Of a DNA stretch of 64,000 nt, positions 58,276 through 64,000 are shown in pieces. This stretch comes from a virus (Duplodnaviria; Caudoviricetes). The position numbers were made by a program, and so were the translations under genes. Numbering within the stretch: position 1 is the stretch's first letter; each line of letters begins with the position of its first letter. The stretch lies in the IMG/VR virus record IMGVR_UViG_3300042523_000723, positions 1-64,000 of that record, one strand, 5' to 3'. The notes under the pieces are model-generated. The model saw only the letters and a program-made list of their open reading frames with translations, did no database searches and was not told the origin of the DNA.

Positions 58276-59656
58276 CAATATTAAACTTTAGGGTATTGGT
58301 ATATGTCTTAACTAATTGGTTAGACGTTAATTTAATATCGATATAATATTCATTAGGTATCATCCAAGAAGTATCTAAAATAAAATAATTTTTAAGGTAA
58401 GATTTATTTACATCAGTCCAATTAATAACGTTAACTTCAGTATTACCTTCTCTAATCCACAATCTATACTGTAATCCATCTATCACAGATGTTTCGTTTA
58501 CCGTATAAGGTATTCTAGCATTAACAAATACTTTTCTTTGATCACCTCTCTTTATTTTTTCATCTCTTCTAATACCACTTAAATTAAATGTATATTCTAT
58601 TGGTAAAGATTCTGAATCACCAAAGTTATAATATTCTGTATCATCCTTAATCTCAAATTGTAGGGTAACATTAGGACGATTAATTCCATTTATAACAATA
58701 TTTGACCAAGTATCGGTAAATATTGTACAATCTGAAGATGTGATAGGTACAAATAATTCTATATAATAAACACCTTTAGTTTGTTGTACTACATTATTAC
58801 TTGTGAATGAGGAGAATAATGTACCATTACCATTTTTAACTACTACAGATGGTTTAGAACCCAAATTAGTCGGTTCTCCACCTAGATTAGTGTATAAGTA
58901 TAGTCTATTAGTCTTTCCTCGATAAAAGTTCTTCCTGTCGTCTCTAATGGGGTTATTATAAGATGTCTCCACAAAAGGTTCATAATATGTTTGTGTGTGT
59001 CTGGTAAAGAATCCTACATATTGTGATGGTACAACTTCTTTGGTTTCCAAATCCCTTTCAAATGCAATACCATATCCATAGTTTGTTGTCCCACCAGTAA
59101 TTAAACTATTTACTTCATTGGTAATATCCATTTCAATATTTTCATTACCTTTATCGAAATGTTGTGTTGTTACAGTAATACCTGAAGGTGATCCCGAATA
59201 AACACCAGGTTCGTCCCACGCATTTGTTGTAGTCGCATTAACCCAATTACTCGCAGATTCTACGAATGTAATATCGTCACTAGGATGTAATCCCATAAAT
59301 TGTTGGTAGTCGTATCCACAACCTTCATCCCATAATTTATTAACTCTAAATAAAACTAAATCAAAAGAAGATGTTCTTTGTTTACCATCTAATAATTTTT
59401 GTGCTTGCAAATCTCTATCAAAGAATGAACTATTAGTCATTCTTAAAGTATGTGTAACATTAGATAAGTCACCTAATTCACCATTATTATATTTTTGTTG
59501 TAAATCTGAAATATCAAAATATAATAAGTGTCTGGTGTAATCAGTTTGAGTTTCTTTTCCCCCATAATATAATTCGGCGATAGGATTTCTACCTGTATTT
59601 ATTAGGGTTCCGAATATGATTGTATTGTTTTTATCTATATAAGTTCTAGTTACCAT
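58250..59656 (-). CDS. putative virion structural protein
   Basis: 468-aa beta-rich ORF (WDEGCGYD, SNWVNATT..W..PG) in the tail/baseplate block. Confidence 0.65.
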   Translation of the reverse strand: MVTRTYIDKNNTIIFGTLINTGRNPIAELYYGGKETQTDYTRHLLYFDISDLQQKYNNGELGDLSNVTHTLRMTNSSFFDRDLQAQKLLDGKQRTSSFDLVLFRVNKLWDEGCGYDYQQFMGLHPSDDITFVESASNWVNATTTNAWDEPGVYSGSPSGITVTTQHFDKGNENIEMDITNEVNSLITGGTTNYGYGIAFERDLETKEVVPSQYVGFFTRHTQTYYEPFVETSYNNPIRDDRKNFYRGKTNRLYLYTNLGGEPTNLGSKPSVVVKNGNGTLFSSFTSNNVVQQTKGVYYIELFVPITSSDCTIFTDTWSNIVINGINRPNVTLQFEIKDDTEYYNFGDSESLPIEYTFNLSGIRRDEKIKRGDQRKVFVNARIPYTVNETSVIDGLQYRLWIREGNTEVNVINWTDVNKSYLKNYFILDTSWMIPNEYYIDIKLTSNQLVKTYTNTLKFNIVNQVENLH

Positions 59657-59677
59657 ACCTTTTTATAAATAAATATC

Positions 59678-60985
59678 TTAATTACTATTAATGTTCTTAT
59701 TTAATATCCTATTTAAGTCAAATCTTATGACATCAGTTGTTGTGGTACTAGGATCCGCAGGTAATCCATGATATGGATGAACATGTGAGATAACATATTG
59801 TTTAACTAATTCTAAAAATTCCACTAATGTGTCACCATAGACTAATGGGTGTGCACCTTTATTGATTTTCTCTTGTTCTTCATCAGTTATCAAACCTTTA
59901 GGGTCAGTTAAATTAAATGTGTGTTCACCATCATGACTAATTAAGTTTATTTTATTGGCAACAACATTAACTACACTACTTTTTTTACCGGTATTTTTTT
60001 CTAATCTAACTGTTTTAATTGTCTTTTTTGGTCCTGGTATTGGTGTGTTAGTAAAAACAGATATGTTACCACTTACATTAGGTAAGGTATTTAGATAATC
60101 TTTTACGGTAGATTTAATTTTCCACTGTGTACCTTTATTTGCGTCAACGTATGTTTTTACCGCAGTCAAGGCTAAATCTCTAGATTGTGAACCCACAAAA
60201 GAACTCACATTCTCAAATGAACTTTTAAGTGTGTTTAATTTAATATCATAAACCTTAACAAATACTTCGGTCCTATCAATATCACTTTCTCTATATCTAC
60301 TCTCCTCTAAATCGCCAGATAAGATAACACCACTATTAGTTATGCTATTTATTTCGACAGTCACAAGAGTATCAGGTATTGGTATGATACTAGTTTGTAT
60401 CACTCTATCTTCAACGACTCTTTTCAATTTTTCGTTACCGTATTTCAGTTGGATGTAACCTAAATTTTTATTATTAAATTTTCTAGGATCACTTTCTAAA
60501 GTCTTACCGACTCTCAACCACATTTCTCTATCTTTTTGTATGATATCCGTATTATATCTACCTTGTAATACAATATCTTCATCATTACCATATGCACCAG
60601 GCTCTACTTTGGGGTCATTTAATTTCACATAACCGTTAGGTAATATAGATAAGGCAGAATTATATTGTTCCTCATTTAAATTTGTTGGTTGAGTAATCAA
60701 CGGTCCGATCCAAAATCTAGTATTTTTAAATGATGAGGTTGGGGAGGAATTATTATATTCATATTGAAACACAAATACACATTCACCTACTTTTGGTAGA
60801 GTTACTAAATATTTTGGTAGTAGTGGTACACAATCTATAAGTTCTAAATCACCTTCAGTGTCAATACCAGTAATTTTCACTTTAATTCTACCTGATTTAG
60901 TATTATCTACAATTGATCTAACCTCACCGACTTTGATTATTGGTATGGTGTTAATATTGGTACTGTCACTATAATAATTACCCAT
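59678..60985 (-). CDS. baseplate central spike (gp5/GpV/VgrG-like)
   Basis: OB-fold GRIKVKI...LPKVGECVFV and C-terminal HVHPYHG spike-tip motif. Confidence 0.7.
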   Translation of the reverse strand: MGNYYSDSTNINTIPIIKVGEVRSIVDNTKSGRIKVKITGIDTEGDLELIDCVPLLPKYLVTLPKVGECVFVFQYEYNNSSPTSSFKNTRFWIGPLITQPTNLNEEQYNSALSILPNGYVKLNDPKVEPGAYGNDEDIVLQGRYNTDIIQKDREMWLRVGKTLESDPRKFNNKNLGYIQLKYGNEKLKRVVEDRVIQTSIIPIPDTLVTVEINSITNSGVILSGDLEESRYRESDIDRTEVFVKVYDIKLNTLKSSFENVSSFVGSQSRDLALTAVKTYVDANKGTQWKIKSTVKDYLNTLPNVSGNISVFTNTPIPGPKKTIKTVRLEKNTGKKSSVVNVVANKINLISHDGEHTFNLTDPKGLITDEEQEKINKGAHPLVYGDTLVEFLELVKQYVISHVHPYHGLPADPSTTTTDVIRFDLNRILNKNINSN

Positions 60986-61167
60986 TATTCTTCTCCTTTA
61001 TATCTTTTAGTTAAAATAGTATTACCTAATAAATATTCCTTTTCAGTTAATTCTAATTTTTCAGATAATGATATTATTTTTTCTTTTATACTTTTTTGTT
61101 GGTGTGCGAGTTCCTCTAGTTGCATTTTTATGGACGCGTTACTCATATTTTTCCAATCTATTTTCAT
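60985..61167 (-). CDS. small coiled-coil protein
   Basis: Coupled to the downstream gene. Confidence 0.6.
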   Translation of the reverse strand: MKIDWKNMSNASIKMQLEELAHQQKSIKEKIISLSEKLELTEKEYLLGNTILTKRYKGEE

Positions 61168-61170
61168 ATA

Positions 61171-61575
61171 CTATCTTATAATACCTTCACCCTTACTTAT
61201 ACCTATAGTTGTCCCAACAACTACTATTGGCCCACCCGCATTACCACCAGTTGCTTGTATAGGTGTACCTGGAGGTATCGCCACTTCAATCTTCGCCTTA
61301 GTTAAAAGTGCGTTTAAAATTTCTTCGACTCTTATTACTTCCATTTTCAATTCAATATTTTCTGAACCACTAGGTAATGGACCAATACCTACCCCTATCT
61401 CCTTTTTTCTCTCTATTATTTTAGACGCAATATCTATCGCACTTAAACCTTCTCTAAATTTAGCCCCAATCAAAATCTCTTGTTTACTTATAGGTTGTAA
61501 AGGTGTAGATGGTTTAAATAAATTTTTAAACAAATTCCTAATAGTGCTAATTGTAGTATTAAAATTGGTTGCCAT
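61171..61575 (-). CDS. hypothetical structural-module protein
   Basis: 134-aa ORF, Gly-rich C-terminus. Confidence 0.65.
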   Translation of the reverse strand: MATNFNTTISTIRNLFKNLFKPSTPLQPISKQEILIGAKFREGLSAIDIASKIIERKKEIGVGIGPLPSGSENIELKMEVIRVEEILNALLTKAKIEVAIPPGTPIQATGGNAGGPIVVVGTTIGISKGEGIIR

Positions 61576-61586
61576 AATATTTTATT

Positions 61587-63260
61587 TTAAAAATCACAAA
61601 ATCTATTTTTTCTATTAAATTGTGAATTAACATTATTTAATGAATCTAAATTCACTTTATCTGTAAACCCTCTAGCGGTATCTACAACACCCTCTACCTT
61701 ACCAAATAAATTATTTACATTTTCAATCTGTTCATTTACAAACCCAGGTAATAAACTTAGTCTAGATTTTAATAGGTTAATGTTTTTTTCTTTTATTTTT
61801 TTAGTTAATACACACAATATTAATTGTTTTAATCTATTTATCACTAAAGGTAATAAATAATCGTAAATTAACCTTCGTATAATTTCACCTATAACATCTC
61901 TAATTATACACTCATATTCTTTAAGTATTTTTTTAACAGATATTTCAGTGACAGGTTTACTATTAACTAAATAATAGAATAAATTTAACATTAGTAAATT
62001 CTTAGGTGATAATACTAATTTAGTTAACACAATTTGTAGTGAGGTAATAAAATTAGATAAGAACTCACCAGATGCCCCATCTTTATCTAAGTTTTTCACA
62101 TTTTCAGTTGATTCTTTAATTAAATCATCAATCGATTTAGTATATGTGTTAATTTTTTCTTGTAAATTAGAAGAATTTTTTAAACTATCATTAATATTTT
62201 TTAATGTGTCAAATGATATAGTACTAATTTCTTTACCACAACATTTTTTAAATTTTTTCACACCCGATTTCTTCTCTTTAACTTTTTCTTTGATATTACT
62301 TAATTGTTTACTATCAAAAGTATAAAAACTCTCATCGAATTCAATTTCAACATTATCAATGCCTGCATCTATATAGTCGTCAATTGAATTCTCCAATTCT
62401 ACTACCTTATTTAAACACGCCTCAGGTAATTTTATTTTATTTGTTAAAGTACCATATAAGAGATCAATTACATTAGGTATAGTTTTATCTACATCGAACA
62501 AAGGTTGTTGACTATTAAAATAATCTACTAATAGTGTAATTAATGTTTTATTTTGATAATTACTATTCAAAACTCTAATATTAAATACCCTTGGTCTAGG
62601 TTCTATATTTTGATATTCCACAGTACCATCATTTTGGGTGTATGCGATGGGACTGTTTTCATAATAACGAACCTCTAAAATCTCTTTCCCATTTGTAGGG
62701 TTAGCCCATATTAAAGGATTCCCATTTTCCTGTATAACTTCCCATAAAAATGCGTTGACATCATTAGACGAATCACCATCATAAAATAACTTCCCTATTT
62801 CGGTGTTTGGGTTTGCGGCGAATAAACAAGTTAAGTCTAATTTATTAATTTCAATATTTATCCCAACACCCTCTACTCCGCTAGATGGTTGTACTTGATA
62901 TAACCATTCAGGTATTTTGGGTTCTATTTTACAAGCGTAACAACTTTTTATCGATTCAATAAAATTAACTGATAAATCTTCAGAGAGAGGTTGTAATTGT
63001 TCTACTAACCAGTTTATTAACTGCATCCTCATTTCATCAAAGTTTATTCCTGACACTAAAGCTAGCACATCTGCAAGTAAATCAATTACTTTTTGACTTG
63101 GATTTAAATTAGGGACTTCAGGTATTAAATTAGGAATACTTAAATCAGGTAGATTATTACAAATAGTTTTATTTAAATTTATCAACTCAAATATCTCCCT
63201 TTTTGCATCCGTAAAAACGTCTTTAGGTTTACATACAACATTTCTAAATTTATTGCTCAT
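61587..63260 (-). CDS. hypothetical structural-module protein
   Basis: 557-aa ORF in a tight minus-strand operon. Confidence 0.7.
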   Translation of the reverse strand: MSNKFRNVVCKPKDVFTDAKREIFELINLNKTICNNLPDLSIPNLIPEVPNLNPSQKVIDLLADVLALVSGINFDEMRMQLINWLVEQLQPLSEDLSVNFIESIKSCYACKIEPKIPEWLYQVQPSSGVEGVGINIEINKLDLTCLFAANPNTEIGKLFYDGDSSNDVNAFLWEVIQENGNPLIWANPTNGKEILEVRYYENSPIAYTQNDGTVEYQNIEPRPRVFNIRVLNSNYQNKTLITLLVDYFNSQQPLFDVDKTIPNVIDLLYGTLTNKIKLPEACLNKVVELENSIDDYIDAGIDNVEIEFDESFYTFDSKQLSNIKEKVKEKKSGVKKFKKCCGKEISTISFDTLKNINDSLKNSSNLQEKINTYTKSIDDLIKESTENVKNLDKDGASGEFLSNFITSLQIVLTKLVLSPKNLLMLNLFYYLVNSKPVTEISVKKILKEYECIIRDVIGEIIRRLIYDYLLPLVINRLKQLILCVLTKKIKEKNINLLKSRLSLLPGFVNEQIENVNNLFGKVEGVVDTARGFTDKVNLDSLNNVNSQFNRKNRFCDF

Positions 63261-63266
63261 AACTTT

Positions 63267-63647
63267 CTAATCTATGTCGTACTCAGTATTCTTATTGTTC
63301 GATTTTTCTTTAAATAATTCTCTAAGTATGTTTTTATCTTCTTCTGTTATACTACTATCAATATTATTTTGACCATCATCTGATTTAGTACCAATTATTT
63401 GAGTCTGTAGTTTAGCTAACGCGATTTTTTTATCGACAGTACTTTCTAAAATTTTGATGGTTTCATTATTAACTTTACCTATTTGGTATTCGTCATTAGT
63501 ATCTTCTATCTCCGCTCTTTGTTTTCTTTCGTTAAGCTCTCTTCTAGCATTATTCATAATGGTATTACAATCATTATAAATTTCTTGCATTAATTCCTGA
63601 AGACTATTCTTATCTAAATTTATTTTAGTTTTTTTAGGTCTAGCCAT
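63267..63647 (-). CDS. hypothetical protein
   Basis: 126-aa ORF after a minus-strand ATATTTAT. Confidence 0.7.
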   Translation of the reverse strand: MARPKKTKINLDKNSLQELMQEIYNDCNTIMNNARRELNERKQRAEIEDTNDEYQIGKVNNETIKILESTVDKKIALAKLQTQIIGTKSDDGQNNIDSSITEEDKNILRELFKEKSNNKNTEYDID

Positions 63648-63685
63648 AAATTGTGTTTTATTATAAATATCTTTTGTTTATTTTT

Positions 63686-64000
63686 TTATAATAAATCGTT
63701 TTCTATTTTATCATTTTTGAAAAGTGAGTACATTTTTTTATATCTTCTCATACCAACCCTAATATCTTTAGTAGTTAAATCAGTAATTTCTCTGATGTAT
63801 GATAAGATAAGATTTTTATTATATTTATTACCACTTTCAATTTGTTCAAATATGGTTTCCCAATCATCTAAAATTTTACATAGGGCATCTCCAACCTTAA
63901 TTTCTGTTTCAGATAACTTACTATAAAGTAATTCAGATTTAATATTAGCCGATACCTCTTTAATAAAACTATCTAATTGCATTTTTTGATCGTCTATGCA
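63686..64000 (-). CDS. C-terminal part of a putative phage sigma-like transcription factor (5' partial)
   Basis: Frame is open to the window end; KYNKNLILSYIREITDLTTKDIR resembles the C-terminal helix-turn-helix of large-phage late sigma-like proteins (recognised from memory only). Confidence 0.4.
   Translation of the reverse strand, partial: CIDDQKMQLDSFIKEVSANIKSELLYSKLSETEIKVGDALCKILDDWETIFEQIESGNKYNKNLILSYIREITDLTTKDIRVGMRRYKKMYSLFKNDKIENDLL

Noticed and set aside
1-64000. Stop-codon reassignment (TAG or TGA recoding) as in some huge phages
   Set aside because: Core genes are full-length in the standard code, and terminase, portal and protease end at TAG at the expected positions
1-64000. 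tRNA or rRNA genes
   Set aside because: No cloverleaf found by eye; GTTCGA hits at ~12113 and ~15864 lack tRNA arms. tRNAscan-SE/Aragorn would be needed to exclude them fully

Overview
AT-rich 64-kb segment of a very large T4-like (myovirus-type) dsDNA phage genome in the standard genetic code. The host is probably Bacteroidota, judged from TTTG-N19/20-TAnnTTTG promoters and A-rich, Shine-Dalgarno-less starts. The right third carries the head module: large terminase (intein ending in Gln), portal, prohead protease (intein next to the catalytic His), scaffold and major capsid protein, followed by convergent baseplate/tail genes and a partial sigma-like gene. The left two thirds is accessory: PlcP-like phosphoesterase plus GT2, SLOG and PRTase, ParB-like proteins, homing endonucleases, lysozyme, holin-like protein, methyltransferase, Hsp20, nucleotidyltransferase and ClpC. 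Main observations: (1) About 20 unrelated proteins, mostly behind an ATATTTAT late-type motif, share short N-terminal leaders, most ending in (L/I)xE, the T4 gp21 prohead-protease signature. This suggests a modular system for loading cargo into the capsid and activating it by proteolysis. It includes an Ntn-hydrolase whose nucleophilic Cys directly follows LNE, a 7-module polyprotein joined by (I/L)NE linkers, and a tandem gene array sharing a 44-bp leader repeat. (2) clpC is fractured in its Walker A motif by an atypically split intein (18-aa IntN, 145-aa IntC) with an endonuclease remnant between the halves. (3) A non-coding G/C-tract region near 15.7-16.4 kb is a candidate origin or packaging site, and several candidate small RNAs are present. 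Functional assignments come from motif recognition by eye; no database searches were run.
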